A DNA stretch of 64,000 nucleotides from Octopus sinensis. Taxonomy: Eukaryota. Numbering within the stretch: the first letter of the stretch is position 1; every line of letters begins with the position of its first letter. A program made the position numbers and the translations under genes. The DNA is taken from positions 1 to 64,000 of the forward strand of contig NC_043011.1 of NCBI RefSeq assembly GCF_006345805.1, in the 5' to 3' direction. This document shows, one piece after another, positions 63,861-64,000 of this stretch. The notes under the pieces are model-generated. The model was not told where the DNA came from. It ran no database searches and was given only the letters and a program-made list of their open reading frames with translations.

Positions 63861-64000
63861 TTATCTATACACACGCACGTAGACAAACAGACACACACGC
63901 ACATACACATATATATATATGTATGTATATATGCCTATACATTTCTACCTATCTATAGAAGCAATCACACGCAAGCACTCACACACACATACGCACACAT

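Overview
Eukaryotic, repeat-saturated, apparently non-genic DNA. The SINE families and microsatellite load point to an octopod cephalopod (Octopus-like) genome; this is inference, not a database match. I find no intact host gene, rRNA, tRNA gene or CRISPR array, and nearly all listed ORFs are translations of microsatellites. Recognisable coding remnants are a Penelope-like element (RT + GIY-YIG), a full-length mariner with two nonsense codons, two decayed mariners, a maT/DD37D remnant, a Tc1-like DD36E remnant, two stacked R4/Dong-type LINE fragments, CR1-like and RTE LINE fragments, and a frameshifted intronless fragment resembling the C-terminus of very-long-chain acyl-CoA dehydrogenase. There are also more than 30 tRNA-derived SINE pieces. 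The most striking signal is about 12 type I hammerhead-ribozyme motifs from about six sequence families, most with minimal or self-complementary helix III as in Penelope-type dimeric hammerheads. Several lie in fold-back (palindromic) non-coding cassettes next to (TA)n tracts: a 1.7-kb cassette with four hammerheads in alternating orientation (56741-58408) and a perfect 67-bp-arm palindrome with a hammerhead on each strand (63504-63645). All structures were folded by eye and no activity is shown.
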